Below the pieces are notes generated by a model. That model saw only the letters and a program-made list of their open reading frames with translations. It ran no database searches and was not told the DNA's origin. The translations under genes and the position numbers were made by a program. 64,000 nucleotides of DNA from positions 4,474-68,473 of the forward strand of contig DASUGQ010000118.1 of the NCBI GenBank assembly GCA_036273935.1. The letters run 5' to 3'. Each line of letters begins with the position of its first letter. The stretch's first letter is position 1. This document shows positions 39,225-50,023 of the stretch, piece after piece. Source of the DNA: Cyclobacteriaceae bacterium. Its GTDB lineage: Bacteria; Bacteroidota; Bacteroidia; Cytophagales; Cyclobacteriaceae.

Positions 39225-39888
39225 AAGTCAGGTTAAGGGTTCCGATGCCGTTGCCATTTTCGGGCCAGTGTATAAAACTTGCAATTACCGAGGTTTACTA
39301 AGGTATTTTTGAAAGATTTACCGTTCGGTTGTGAGGTTTGGTGATCGGTGGCGGACATGGTCTTTTGCTGGTTTCTTTCTCTACGAGCTTACACTTTGGT
39401 ACAGTTTGCAAGCTATCTTCATGCATTTTTTTAGCAATCTGACTTCCTTCATCAGTATGTATTTTAGTGACGTTGAAGCAATGTTCCGGAGACATGATTC
39501 ACGCGTTTATGGTGCTATTGCGATTTTGTTAGGGAACAATTTGATGCTCTAAAGCGGTTTGCGAAACGTTCACTCAAATATTCTTGCGAAGTGATTTTCA
39601 AGGTGATTTCTCATGGCATTTCGAAACAGATCAGGGGACCGTTCTCTATCACTTCGACAAGTCCCTTAGGCGACACAAATTTCTGCTTGCTATTAACAGG
39701 TATCTTCAGTAACCCACTGTGATGAACATAGTCAAAAATTGGGAGAAGCATTTTCTGAATTTTTTTAGAACTTCGTTGCCGGTAATTTCACATAACTTGC
39801 CGGAATCATAAGGATATTTTTTTAAAATCAATCTTTTGGGAACTAGGTATTTGATCGATTAACATAAACACGTTTATACTTTGAAACG

Positions 39889-41052
39889 ATGAAGAAGCTA
39901 ATAACTTTTACCTTACTGATTATCCAAATTTTTTCGCATGCAGATGCTCAACAAACCGCCGTACCTGTTTTTACATCAGGTCAGGATGGTTACAAGAGCT
40001 ACCGGATTCCAGCCATCCTTCGCTTGCCAAATAAAGATCTTTTGGCTTTTTGTGAAGGTCGCGTAAACAGCGCCGGCGATTTCGGTAACATAGATATTGT
40101 CATGAAGAGAAGCAGTGATAACGGAAAAACATGGAGTTCCCTTCAGGTCGTTGCCGACTACGAAATGCTTCAGGCAGGGAATCCGGCGCCTGTGATTGAT
40201 GGCACAGACCCTGCCTATCCAAATGGAAGAATTTTTTTGTTTTACAATACAGGCAATAATCATGAGGGTGAAGTGCGAAAAGGTAATGGTCTCCGCGAAG
40301 TTTGGTATAAAACATCGGTGGACGGCGGCATGACGTGGAGCATGCCAGTGAATATTACAATGGATGTTCATCGCCCTAATCAGCCGGAGATCAATGCAGC
40401 TTATGATTTCAAAGAGGACTGGCGAAGTTATGCCAACACACCCGGTCATGCTATGCAATTTCAAAACGGAAAATACAACGGGAGAATATTTGTTGCTGCG
40501 AATCGTTCAACAGGCGAACCGCAGGAAGAATTTATGGATTACCAGGCTTTTGGGTTCTACACGGATGACCACGGAAGATCGTTTCATCTAAGTGAAATGA
40601 TACCCGTCCCCGGAGGCAACGAATCAACGGCAGCCGAGCTTTCCAATGATCGGTTGATGATGAACTCCCGCAATCAAAAAGGTGACATCAAAGCCAGAAT
40701 TGTTTCCATTAGCAATGATGGTGGAGTTACATGGGATACCACATACTTTGACAGGACCTTGATCGATCCGGTAAACGAAGGTAGCCTGTTAACCTTATCC
40801 TATAATAAGAATAACAACGTACTTGCCTTTTGTAATGCGGCTGATGCTGTAAATCGAAACAACTTAACCCTGCGAATCAGTTATGATGATGGCAAAACAT
40901 GGACGAAGAGTTTGGTGGTGGACAAGAGTGATGACGTAAAAAGCTACACGGCTTACTCTGACTTGGTGAAGATTTCAAAAAATGAAATTGGTGTGTTTTA
41001 CGAGCGAAGCAACTATGCTGAAATAGTTTACAATTCTGTAAAATGGAAATGA
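39889..41052 (+). CDS. Exo-alpha-sialidase (GH33), secreted
   Basis: It has a signal peptide, the 'YRIPAIL' (RIP) motif and four Asp-boxes: 'SSDNGKTW', 'SVDGGMTW', 'SNDGGVTW' and 'SYDDGKTW'. Confidence 0.85.
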   Translation: MKKLITFTLLIIQIFSHADAQQTAVPVFTSGQDGYKSYRIPAILRLPNKDLLAFCEGRVNSAGDFGNIDIVMKRSSDNGKTWSSLQVVADYEMLQAGNPAPVIDGTDPAYPNGRIFLFYNTGNNHEGEVRKGNGLREVWYKTSVDGGMTWSMPVNITMDVHRPNQPEINAAYDFKEDWRSYANTPGHAMQFQNGKYNGRIFVAANRSTGEPQEEFMDYQAFGFYTDDHGRSFHLSEMIPVPGGNESTAAELSNDRLMMNSRNQKGDIKARIVSISNDGGVTWDTTYFDRTLIDPVNEGSLLTLSYNKNNNVLAFCNAADAVNRNNLTLRISYDDGKTWTKSLVVDKSDDVKSYTAYSDLVKISKNEIGVFYERSNYAEIVYNSVKWK

Positions 41053-41061
41053 ACGAAATGG

Positions 41062-41375
41062 TTGTGGTGCAGGTAGCTCCCTGATAGATGAAGATAAGAT
41101 GGTTTGGATTCAGGGTCGTACTTCCTGGATGTTGGCAACCTTATACAATACAGTTGAGGAAAAGAAGGAATGGCTGGAATGGTCTAAATCGGGAATTCGT
41201 TTTTTGCGCGAACATGGTGTGGACAGCGATGGCTGGAGTTTTTTCACGTTACCAATGATGGCGACCCATTCGGAAACGGAGATATTTTTTTTCAGAGACA
41301 TTTGCCGTGATAGCTTCGGCCTCGTGGGCCAATGCTACCAGGACTCCAGTCTCGAAGAGTAAGCGGTAAGCGAAA
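41062..41375 (+). pseudogene. Remnant of an N-acylglucosamine 2-epimerase (AGE/RenBP-like) gene
   Basis: 'DEDKMVWIQGRTSWMLATLYN...EWLEWSKSGIRFLREHGVDSDG', then 'FFHVTNDGDPF' and 'RKRRYFFSETFAVIASASWANAT' lie in three different frames. Both the 5' and 3' parts of the gene are absent. Confidence 0.55.
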
Positions 41376-41507
41376 TGTCGAAAGTTTGTTTCGGATTATT
41401 CAGAGAGTAGAAGACTCGTCTAAGTCCGGTCTTTCCCCTTAACGTGGACTTGATATCGACACAAAAAGTATGGATAAACTTGTTTATATTTAGAATGAAG
41501 GAAAGCC

Positions 41508-42089
41508 ATGCACGAACAACTTATTAAGGGCATTCGGGAGAAAATAACCTTGACGGAAGAAGGTGAGCCTCAAGTGAAGAAGTTCTTTATTCCAAAAAAA
41601 TTGAGAAAGAGGCAATATCTGCTCAACGCAGGGGACGTATGTCACCACATCGCATTCGTGGAAAAGGGACTGATGCGTTCCTTCAGCGTGGACGAAGGAG
41701 GCTATGAACACGTGATGCAATTTGCGATGGAGGGATGGTGGATTTCAGATATGGCCAGTTTTCTGAGCCAGGAGGAAGCGATTTATAATATTGAAGCCTT
41801 GGAAAACGCGGAACTGCTTCTTTTGACCAAACCGGCCATGGATGAAATGATTGACGGTATCCCAGGAATGGAGCGGTATTTCCGATTACTTATGCAAAAC
41901 AGCATCATTGCGCTCCAGAGGAGAATTCGTGTCGTGCAGACCTACTCTGCAGAGGAGGTATATCTGAAATTAATGGAAGTACAACCTGAAATCATTAGCC
42001 GGGCACCGCAACAACATGTGGCCTCTTATTTAGGCATAACACCCGAGACGCTGAGCCGGATTCGCAAGCAGGTATCAACCAGAAGATAG
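41508..42089 (+). CDS. Crp/Fnr-family transcriptional regulator
   Basis: It has a cyclic-nucleotide-binding-like N-terminal domain and a C-terminal HTH 'QQHVASYLGITPETLSRIRKQ'. Confidence 0.8.
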   Translation: MHEQLIKGIREKITLTEEGEPQVKKFFIPKKLRKRQYLLNAGDVCHHIAFVEKGLMRSFSVDEGGYEHVMQFAMEGWWISDMASFLSQEEAIYNIEALENAELLLLTKPAMDEMIDGIPGMERYFRLLMQNSIIALQRRIRVVQTYSAEEVYLKLMEVQPEIISRAPQQHVASYLGITPETLSRIRKQVSTRR

Positions 42090-42104
42090 CGAATACTGAC
42101 ATAG

Positions 42105-42407
42105 TTATCGTTTGATCGATAATTTCCGGATCATTGCATCATTCAGATTTTCGGCATATACGCCGTAGGCATCAACTAGTACACCTTTAACTCCATCGGT
42201 GGATGATATCGCAAAGACGATGCTGTTGTCGTCTACGTTGGACATCCCTTCGAACCGGTAAAATTCGTCAATCGTAAATTGCTCCGGCTGCAATTGCAGT
42301 TTTAAGGAAGGGCATTCAATGCAAGTGGGCTGAATATTGAAATCTTCCGTGTAGCCTCTTGCTTTTAAATCATTCGTTGCTTCGGATAAGCTTCTGTAGG
42401 TTTTCAT
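42105..42407 (-). CDS. Conserved small hypothetical protein
   Basis: A clean 100-aa ORF. It is convergent with the Crp/Fnr gene, and I recognised no motif. Confidence 0.45.
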   Translation of the reverse strand: MKTYRSLSEATNDLKARGYTEDFNIQPTCIECPSLKLQLQPEQFTIDEFYRFEGMSNVDDNSIVFAISSTDGVKGVLVDAYGVYAENLNDAMIRKLSIKR

Positions 42408-42578
42408 ATCATTCAGTTAATTGTTGAAATCAGGTTGCCCTTATTTACAGTTTGAGAAGGGACTGCAATATTATAAAACAACGTGAGGATTCTCTTGATC
42501 TGCATCAAGTCCTTTCTTATTTCATATCAATGTGTTCCGCATGGCGCTGCCGTAACTTTGTTTCATCAAACAAGACGA

Positions 42579-43247
42579 ATGATGAAAACACCAACAACAG
42601 TCGCAATTATAGGAGCTACAGGACGCATGGGTGCAGCTATTGCAAAAGGTCTTTCTAAAAATGGCCGTTATCGCCTGCTCCTCATGTCTCAGGAACAAGA
42701 CGAACTCATTGATTTGAAAGTTCAGCTGGAGAAAACCAATTCCGATGCGGAAGTATATGCATTAAGCTGTGCAAAGGAAGCATCCTGGGAAGCCGACATC
42801 ATCATTGTGGCTACTCCTTCCGAAGAGGATATGATAGTGGCCGATAAAATACGGGAAGTAGCAACCGGAAAAATTGTAATCAGTATTTCCAATCCGCTGA
42901 ACAATGCCTACACTTATTCAGTCCGCTCACCGGATACCAGCGCTGCAGAAGAATTGCAAAAACTCCTGCCACATTCCAAGGTAGTGAAGACGTTCAATAC
43001 AATTTCCGCGGCAGACTTTAGCGCTCCACCTATTGATGGAAAAACAGCCGATGTGTTCATCACCGGTAACAACGGTAAGGCCGTTGAGGTGGTTTCGGAA
43101 GTGGTGAAAGCGGTGGATTTCAATCCGATCATCGTAGGAGATTTGGCCGTGAGCAGAACACTCGAGCGAATGCATTTGCCCCTGATTCAACTCACGATGA
43201 AATACAATTACAATTGGCTTGCGGGTTGGAGGATCCCCCACAAATGA
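42579..43247 (+). CDS. NAD(P)-binding oxidoreductase (F420-dependent NADP reductase-like Rossmann protein)
   Basis: 'VAIIGATGRMGAAIAKGL' is a dinucleotide-binding motif. The track start at 42483 adds an implausible leader, and an ATG at 42579 is preferred. Confidence 0.6.
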   Translation: MMKTPTTVAIIGATGRMGAAIAKGLSKNGRYRLLLMSQEQDELIDLKVQLEKTNSDAEVYALSCAKEASWEADIIIVATPSEEDMIVADKIREVATGKIVISISNPLNNAYTYSVRSPDTSAAEELQKLLPHSKVVKTFNTISAADFSAPPIDGKTADVFITGNNGKAVEVVSEVVKAVDFNPIIVGDLAVSRTLERMHLPLIQLTMKYNYNWLAGWRIPHK

Positions 43248-43262
43248 ATCTGTCAAAATAAA

Positions 43263-43493
43263 ATGAGAATTATGAAAACATCAAGTAAATCTTATCTCGC
43301 GTTGATCGTACTAATCGTCATGTGCATTTTAATGATTGTTAAACTTTCAAAAGATGCCCGTTCAACGCAGCAGCAAGAAGACTTGTGCGAAGTCGAAACA
43401 CTTGATCTCGATCAAACGCTTTCTTATTTCACATCAATGCAAGTGGAGGCAGGCTCATCTACCTTTGAGCTATCAAACAAACAGAGACTTTAA
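43263..43493 (+). CDS. Small membrane-anchored hypothetical protein
   Basis: 76 aa with one hydrophobic helix, 'YLALIVLIVMCILMIV'. Confidence 0.3.
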   Translation: MRIMKTSSKSYLALIVLIVMCILMIVKLSKDARSTQQQEDLCEVETLDLDQTLSYFTSMQVEAGSSTFELSNKQRL

Positions 43494-43514
43494 AATTTTA
43501 TAAACAAGAGAACT

Positions 43515-44060
43515 ATGAAAACAGCAACCGAATCAATCACAACCAAATGGACGTTAGATCCTACGCACAGTGAACTGGTGTTCAAAGTAAAGCACCTGAT
43601 GATCACCAATGTAAAGGGAGAGTTCAGAAAATTCTCGGCCGAAATCGACGGTGATGATTTTACCAAGTCACCGATTAGCGTAACCATCGACGCCGCTTCA
43701 ATCTTCACCAATGAAGATCAACGTGATGGTCACTTAAAGAGCGCCGACTTCTTTGATGTGGAGAATTATCCCACACTTACTTTTAAGAGTACTTCACTCA
43801 AACAAGTGGATGACGACGACTACATGCTGAAGGGTATTTTAACGATCCGGGACGTGAGCAAAGAAATAGAGCTCGACGTGGAGTTTGGTGGTGTGAACAA
43901 GGATCCATGGGGAAATGAAAAGGCCGGATTCTCCGTCAAAGGAAAAATAAACAGGAAAGACTTTGGCCTGAATTGGAACGCGGCGCTTGAAACGGGTGGG
44001 GTACTGGTTAGTGAAGAAGTTAAGATCAGTGCAGAGGTGCAGTTTGTTAAACGGGCTTAA
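43515..44060 (+). CDS. YceI-family (polyisoprenoid-binding) protein
   Basis: 'WTLDPTHSELVFKVKHLMITNVKGEFRKF' and 'RDGHLKSADFFD' are YceI hallmarks. Confidence 0.85.
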   Translation: MKTATESITTKWTLDPTHSELVFKVKHLMITNVKGEFRKFSAEIDGDDFTKSPISVTIDAASIFTNEDQRDGHLKSADFFDVENYPTLTFKSTSLKQVDDDDYMLKGILTIRDVSKEIELDVEFGGVNKDPWGNEKAGFSVKGKINRKDFGLNWNAALETGGVLVSEEVKISAEVQFVKRA

Positions 44061-44099
44061 TTGAGAACTGAGTTAAATAATAAACAAAAAACCAAAATA

Positions 44100-44849
44100 A
44101 TGAAAACATTGGAAAACAAAGTGGCTATTATTACCGGAGCGGGCTCTGGGATTGGTCGCGCAACCGCCCTCCTTTTTGCAAGGGAAGGCGCTAAAGTTAT
44201 TGTGTCCGACATCAACAAGGATAACGGCACGGCAGTAGTAAATGAAATTGAGAAAGCAGGGGGGAAGGCACACTTCATCCAGGCAGACTCCTCCAAAGCG
44301 GAAGACCATAAGGTGCTCGTTGAGCGGACCTTGAAACAATATGGTCCGATGGATATTGCTGTAAACAATGCCGGTATTGCAGGACCGCTTGGTCCTACAG
44401 GAGAATACCCGATAGATGGATGGCAAAAAGTTATCGACATCAACTTATCAGGCGTGTTTTACGGACTCCGCTATCAGATTCCGGCCATGCTTGCAAAGGG
44501 AGGAACCATCGTTAATATTGCCTCGATCCTCGGACAGGCTGGTACAAAGGGATCACCCGCCTACGTTGCAGCAAAGCACGGAGTAGTGGGCTTAACTAAA
44601 GCTGCTGCACTAGAGTATGCTGACAAAAATATTCGGGTGAATGCTGTCGGGCCTGGGTACATTAAAACACCATTAGTGATAAACGCACTTGACAAACCCA
44701 CACTCGATGCACTGGTTGGTCTACATCCCATCGGAAGACTGGGTGAGCCAGAAGAGATCGCAGAACTCATCTTGTGGTTGGCTTCGTCAAAGTCATCCTT
44801 TGCTACTGGTGGATATTACGCATTGGATGGCGGATATCTCGCTCAGTAG
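44100..44849 (+). CDS. Short-chain dehydrogenase/reductase (SDR)
   Basis: It has 'VAIITGAGSGIGRA' (TGxxxGxG), 'NNAG' and 'YVAAKHG' (YxxxK). Confidence 0.9.
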   Translation: MKTLENKVAIITGAGSGIGRATALLFAREGAKVIVSDINKDNGTAVVNEIEKAGGKAHFIQADSSKAEDHKVLVERTLKQYGPMDIAVNNAGIAGPLGPTGEYPIDGWQKVIDINLSGVFYGLRYQIPAMLAKGGTIVNIASILGQAGTKGSPAYVAAKHGVVGLTKAAALEYADKNIRVNAVGPGYIKTPLVINALDKPTLDALVGLHPIGRLGEPEEIAELILWLASSKSSFATGGYYALDGGYLAQ

Positions 44850-44957
44850 AATATATCAGTCTATAATTACCCTGGAAAATCCGGGGTAATTGCCGCTAAT
44901 CATCATCAAGCATTTGTTTCGTTTACGTAAGATAAATAATTGTAAATCCTGCACGAT

Positions 44958-45449
44958 ATGGGAAACTCGTATAAAATTCCAGCACAAACGCGTATCGGTC
45001 ATGTTCATTTGAAGGTGGCTGATTTAAACCAGTCGTTAACATTTTATCGCGATTTGCTCGGCTTCGAATTAATGACCACCTATGGCGATCAGGCTGCTTT
45101 CATTTCTGCCGGCGGGTACCATCATCATATTGGTCTGAACACCTGGCACAGTGAAGGTGCACCGCCTGCTTCACGCGAAGGTGTTGGGTTGTATCACACC
45201 GCTATCTTGTACCCGACACGGAAAGACCTCGCCGTAATTCTCGATCGGTTAAGAAAAAATCGTTACCCGCTCACCGGTGCCTCGGATCATGGCGTTTCAG
45301 AAGCTTTGTATCTGGATGACCCCGATGGTAATGGAGTTGAATTGTACTACGACAGACCAAAGGAACATTGGCCAAGACGTTCAGACGGTTCCATTGATAT
45401 GTATACGCGACCGCTGAACCTTGATGATCTATTGAAAGAACTGAATTAA
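44958..45449 (+). CDS. VOC/glyoxalase-family protein (extradiol dioxygenase-like)
   Basis: It has 'IGHVHLKVADLNQSLTFYRDLLGFEL' and 'DPDGNGVELY'. Confidence 0.8.
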   Translation: MGNSYKIPAQTRIGHVHLKVADLNQSLTFYRDLLGFELMTTYGDQAAFISAGGYHHHIGLNTWHSEGAPPASREGVGLYHTAILYPTRKDLAVILDRLRKNRYPLTGASDHGVSEALYLDDPDGNGVELYYDRPKEHWPRRSDGSIDMYTRPLNLDDLLKELN

Positions 45450-45465
45450 AATTATGATGCCTGAC

Positions 45466-46016
45466 ATGCAATAATCTCTGCTAGCATTCGGCTTAAACGA
45501 AACAGCCATCGCGTCGCTATTTATCTTAAAACGTTCTTAGAAGAGAGAAATCTGGCGGCCGCTACGATACTGGATCTAGAGGACTATAATTTCCCGCTAT
45601 TCAACGAACGTCTGCGGCTTCAAACTTCACCGGCGCCCGAAGTGCTTGCCTTTGCCGATCAGATAAGATCTGCCGAGGGTGTGATTATCGTAACACCTGA
45701 ATACAATGGCGGTTATCCGGTTAGTTTGAAAAATGTTATTGACTTACTTTATGATGAGTGGAAGCGGACACCGGTAGCCTTGGCAACCGTTTCGGCAGGA
45801 AGTTTCGATGGAATGAATGTAATAACATCTTTGCAATACACGCTTTGGAAGATGCAGGCATGGACAGTCCCTGCGTTATATCCGGTTCCAAAAATTAATG
45901 AGGCCTTTACAGAAAGGGGCGAACCCAGGGACAAAGTCAGTACGGAAAAACGAACCGCTCGATTCATTGATGAATTGCTCTGGTGCATTGAAGCGAAGAG
46001 CCGAATGAACCGGTGA
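45466..46016 (+). CDS. NAD(P)H-dependent FMN reductase-family oxidoreductase; its start is disrupted as sequenced
   Basis: The frame is open from 45465 ('..IISASIRLKRNSHRVAIYLKTFLEE...VTPEYNGGYP'), but the only ATGs (45454/45457/45466) are one base out of frame. One extra A in 'atgcaa-taatc' would restore 'MQIIISASIR'. The track only lists a GTG ORF from 45642. Confidence 0.6.
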
Positions 46017-46131
46017 AGGTATAACTAAACACTTGCCACACCATCAGTAGTTCCAAGAGCCGGTACACTCAGAAAAAAAAGCATTCACAGTGGTGAATCA
46101 ATTCACCGCTGTCATATTAAATTCATTTATC

Positions 46132-48156
46132 ATGGAACACGAACATCTTCAAGCACACCAGCACAGTGAACATTCCCATGCTGCCAATGACCGTAGTGGT
46201 CACGAGGGTCATGACAAACATGCAGGGCACTCCACGGCTGACTTTCTGAAACGGTTTGTGGTCTCCACAATTTTTTCGATCCCCGTTGTGGCGTTATCGC
46301 CCATGATTCAGCAATGGTTTGGATTTGAGTGGGCATTTACCGGAGACGACCTGGTGCTATTTGCACTCTCAACGTTTATCTTTCTCTATGGTGGGTATCC
46401 TTTTTTGAAGGGATTGTACGATGAAGTGAAACACCACGCCATTGGCATGATGACACTGATTGGAGTGGCCATTATTGTTGCCTGGGCATATAGCGTAGCC
46501 GTTACATTTGGCCTGGAGGGAATGGATTTCTATTGGGAGATGGCCACGTTGATCGACATAATGCTGATTGGCCACTATTTCGAGATGAGGTCGGTGACAG
46601 GCGCATCGCGTTCATTGGAATTATTGGTGAAAATGATGCCGTCAACAGCACATCACATCATGGATGATCACATTCATGACATGCCGGTGGAGCATTTGAA
46701 AATAGGACACAAGGTGTTGGTGAAACCCGGTGAAAAGATTCCGGTTGACGGCATTGTGTCGGATGGAGAAAGTTATCTCGATGAAAGCATGCTCACCGGG
46801 GAGAGTAAGCCGGTTAAAAAGGAAAGAGGCAGCAGGGTTATTGGTGGTTCCATTAACGGCAATGGTTCGTTGACCATCGAAGTGGCAAGCACAGGCAAAG
46901 ATAGCTACTTGAATAAAGTTGTGACGCTGGTAGAAGAGGCGCAGAAGGTAAAATCCAAAACGCAAAATTTTGCTGACCGTGCAGCAAAGGTGTTGACATT
47001 TGTTGCGCTGGGCGGTGGTATTATGACCCTGGTTGTATGGTTGATGCTGGGATTCCCTTTTGTCTTTGCTTTGGAGCGGATGGTCACGGTCATGGTCATT
47101 TCGTGCCCGCATGCCTTGGGACTGGCTGTGCCCCTGGTGGTCGCTATCTCTACCGGTATCTCCGCCCAAAAAGGTTTGCTGATACGCAACAGAACTGCAT
47201 TTGAAAACGCCCGGCTGATTACCACTATCATTTTTGATAAGACGGGAACGCTAACGAAAGGAACTCATGAATTGCAGGAAGTAGTAGTTTTAAATAAGCA
47301 CTTTGATGAGAAGGAATTGGTACGATTGGCGTCCGGTATTGAACAGCATTCTGAACATTACATAGCCGCGGGCTTGATCAGAAAGGCTTATGCGATGGGA
47401 GTTATCATCCCGAAATCTGAACGGTTTACCTATCTCCCGGGAAAAGGGTTGGAGGGTATGGTGGAAGGCAAGGAAATAAAAGTAGTGGGCCCCAATTATC
47501 TGAAGGAGAACAATATTCCTGGGATCACAGCTGTGGAGGAGTTCGCTATGACAATTGTGTATGTATTGATTGATAAGGAGATTGCAGGATACTTCTCTTT
47601 CTCCGATCAAATTCGTAAAGAATCATTTCACGCTATTGAGACATTGAAAAATGCGGGAATTAAAAACTTGTTGCTCACCGGCGACAACGAGCGTGTCGCT
47701 AAGAAGGTAAGTGAGGAATTAAGAATGGATGGTTACATCGCCAACGTGTTACCACACGAAAAACTGCAAAAGGTAAAGGAGCTCAAAGAAAAAGGTGAGT
47801 TTGTTGCCATGGCAGGCGATGGCGTTAACGATGCACCGGCATTGGCACAAGCCGATGTGGGCTTAGCTGTTGGCTCAGGAACAGACGTGGCTGCCGAGAC
47901 AGCGGACGTGGTACTGGTAAACTCAAATCCGAATGATATAGCCAGCCTGATCCTATTTGGTCGAGCCACTTACAATAAAATGATGCAAAACCTTTGGTGG
48001 GCTGCAGGGTATAACATACTGGCCATACCGTTAGCGGCAGGCATATTATACAAGTGGGAGGTCATGCTCAGTCCGGCCATTGGTGCCGTATTGATGAGTA
48101 TTAGTACCATTGTAGTAGCTATTAACGCGCAGCTTCTGAAAAGACATTTGAAATAA
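46132..48156 (+). CDS. copB: Heavy-metal (copper) translocating P1B-type ATPase, CopB-like, with a His-rich N-terminus
   Basis: It has '[33 protein letters not shown]', 'CPH' in transmembrane helix 6 ('[11 protein letters not shown]'), 'DKTGTLT' and 'GDGVNDAP'. Confidence 0.9.
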   Translation: MEHEHLQAHQHSEHSHAANDRSGHEGHDKHAGHSTADFLKRFVVSTIFSIPVVALSPMIQQWFGFEWAFTGDDLVLFALSTFIFLYGGYPFLKGLYDEVKHHAIGMMTLIGVAIIVAWAYSVAVTFGLEGMDFYWEMATLIDIMLIGHYFEMRSVTGASRSLELLVKMMPSTAHHIMDDHIHDMPVEHLKIGHKVLVKPGEKIPVDGIVSDGESYLDESMLTGESKPVKKERGSRVIGGSINGNGSLTIEVASTGKDSYLNKVVTLVEEAQKVKSKTQNFADRAAKVLTFVALGGGIMTLVVWLMLGFPFVFALERMVTVMVISCPHALGLAVPLVVAISTGISAQKGLLIRNRTAFENARLITTIIFDKTGTLTKGTHELQEVVVLNKHFDEKELVRLASGIEQHSEHYIAAGLIRKAYAMGVIIPKSERFTYLPGKGLEGMVEGKEIKVVGPNYLKENNIPGITAVEEFAMTIVYVLIDKEIAGYFSFSDQIRKESFHAIETLKNAGIKNLLLTGDNERVAKKVSEELRMDGYIANVLPHEKLQKVKELKEKGEFVAMAGDGVNDAPALAQADVGLAVGSGTDVAAETADVVLVNSNPNDIASLILFGRATYNKMMQNLWWAAGYNILAIPLAAGILYKWEVMLSPAIGAVLMSISTIVVAINAQLLKRHLK

Positions 48157-48178
48157 CATTGATTTGAATAAACGTAAC

Positions 48179-48762
48179 ATGAAAAGAACTATCGAATTTC
48201 TTGGCAACTGTCAATCTCAGTTTATTAATCTGACACGAATTGCAATTTGTCTGGTGATGGTCTGGATTGGAGGTCTCAAAGCATTTAAATACGAGGCAGA
48301 CGGAATAGTTCCTTTTGTCGCCAATAGTCCTTTCATGAGTTTCTTCTACAGCCAGAAGGCGCCAGAATACATGAAGTATAAAAATCCCGAAGGCATGACC
48401 GTGCAGAAAAACATTGACTGGCATAAGGAGAATGGCACCTACACTTTCTCGTATGGATTGGGTGCTGTTATTATTGTGATTGGAATATCCACCCTGTTAG
48501 GAATTTGGTTTGATAAAATTGGATTGATCGGAGGCCTCTTAACCTTTGGCATGTCCTGGTTACACTTACCTTTTTAATAACCACGCCGGAAGTTTACGTC
48601 CCTAATCTCGGTGGCGATTTCCCAACTCCACAGTATGGTTTTCCCTATCTGTCGGGGGTGGGGAGATTAGTGGTCAAAGATGTCATTATGATGGGAGCCG
48701 GTTTGGTTTGTGCTTCTGATAGCGCAAAACAATGGCAACAGAATTCAGTAATAAAAAGTTAA
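48179..48762 (+). CDS. DUF417 (YkgB/RclC-like) inner-membrane protein, frameshifted as sequenced
   Basis: 'WIGGLKAFKYEADGIVPFVANSPFMSFFY' continues in the +1 frame as 'LVTLTFLITTPEVYVPNLGG...GFPYLSGVGRLVVKDVIMMGAG', and both parts match E. coli YkgB. One C is missing around 48554-48559. Confidence 0.7.
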
Positions 48763-48767
48763 TGATT

Positions 48768-49163
48768 ATGGCAAAGATATCATCAAGTATAAAGAGTGAT
48801 CGCTACAAGGTTGAGATCACATCACCAACAGGAAATTTGGTCATCGCCGATGAGCCGGTGGCACAAGGAGGAAAGGATTTGGGTTTTTCACCAAAAGAAC
48901 TTTTGGCTTCAGCCCTGGCAGCATGCACAAGCGCAACTGTAATGATGTATGCAGATCGTAACAAAATCGATCTTCAGGAAGTTAAGATGGAGGTTGACCT
49001 GGAAGGTGTGAATACGTCGAACAAAACGATAATCAACCGTAAAATACAATTCATCGGGAACCTGGACGAGGTTCAGCGCACAAAATTGCTGAAGGTGGCA
49101 AATGCATGCCCGGTGCATAAAATTCTGACGAACACAGTCGAGATCAATACTGCAATCATGTAA
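48768..49163 (+). CDS. OsmC/Ohr-family protein
   Basis: It has 'GFSPKELLASALAACTS' and 'ANACPVHKIL'. The start could be 48762 or 48768. Confidence 0.8.
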   Translation: MAKISSSIKSDRYKVEITSPTGNLVIADEPVAQGGKDLGFSPKELLASALAACTSATVMMYADRNKIDLQEVKMEVDLEGVNTSNKTIINRKIQFIGNLDEVQRTKLLKVANACPVHKILTNTVEINTAIM

Positions 49164-49350
49164 AATGGAGGAGCTGCAATTGAGGTTACATTAAAAACTG
49201 TTTCATCGCCGTGCCAAAGGTAGCCTGTCACGGAACCATATTGTGCATCGTAAAAAGAACAAGCATTCGATGACGAGTTTGTATGAGAGCTTAATGATAT
49301 CCTTTTGTCAGATGTCATTGGTCTGCCTAACGTTCCAACCTTTTTTCTTC

Positions 49351-49638
49351 TCAGGCTTCCTTTTCGGGCTCGTGCCCATTTCCGCAGGTTGGACATCCTT
49401 CAATTGTTCCCTCTCTGAGTTGTATCCCGTCAATGTGTTCGATCATAAAGTCCTGAATAACCAAGTACCTGGCCTTGCGATTGTTTACATCAATCTGCTT
49501 GTCTCGAAATAGTGTTCTGATTTGATGATCATATTCCTGGTGCCCCCAGCAAACCGGACAGATTCCCTCCGGAGTTGACTTTTTGGTCTTTTCTTCCGGC
49601 TGTCTAAAGAAGTTGACTAATTGGTCAATAATATCCAT
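49351..49638 (-). CDS. Small CxxC...CxxC (zinc-ribbon-like) hypothetical protein
   Basis: 95 aa with the cysteine pairs 'CPVCWG' and 'CPTCGNG'. Confidence 0.45.
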   Translation of the reverse strand: MDIIDQLVNFFRQPEEKTKKSTPEGICPVCWGHQEYDHQIRTLFRDKQIDVNNRKARYLVIQDFMIEHIDGIQLREGTIEGCPTCGNGHEPEKEA

Positions 49639-49655
49639 TGCTAAGAATCTAGATT

Positions 49656-50015
49656 CTAAGGTCGTGAAATTGTGCTATGTAATTCGTTAGTTGTTTCCTT
49701 GATTGCGCCAATGAGCATCAGTCCTTCATTGTTCGTTTTGTTGCGTATCGCGTGTAAAGTATTACAGGGAAAAATATAAAAATCACCGGCCTTACCGGTG
49801 TAAACGTCGCCACCTATCGTAAACTCAAGGCACCCCTCAACTACGTAGGCATACTCTGTTTTATCGGGATGCCTATGCTGTGGATAGTCTGCACCAGGAT
49901 CGACACGTATCAGTTTAACAGTGCCATTGTTTAAATCGATCAGCGGCTTTCCATGAAAGCCCCTCACTTTTCCCTCAACCCATTTTATAGAACCGATATC
50001 AAGCTTACTGTCCAT
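49656..50015 (-). CDS. Cupin-domain protein
   Basis: It has 'YPQHRHPDKTEYAYVVEG' and 'GDFYIFPCNTLHAI', which are cupin motifs 1 and 2. Confidence 0.75.
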   Translation of the reverse strand: MDSKLDIGSIKWVEGKVRGFHGKPLIDLNNGTVKLIRVDPGADYPQHRHPDKTEYAYVVEGCLEFTIGGDVYTGKAGDFYIFPCNTLHAIRNKTNNEGLMLIGAIKETTNELHSTISRP

Positions 50016-50023
50016 CGCTTCAC

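Noticed and set aside
45134-45152. TGGCACAGTGAAGGTGCA as a sigma-54 promoter
   Set aside because: The GG-to-GC spacing is two bases too long, and the site lies inside the VOC/glyoxalase coding sequence.
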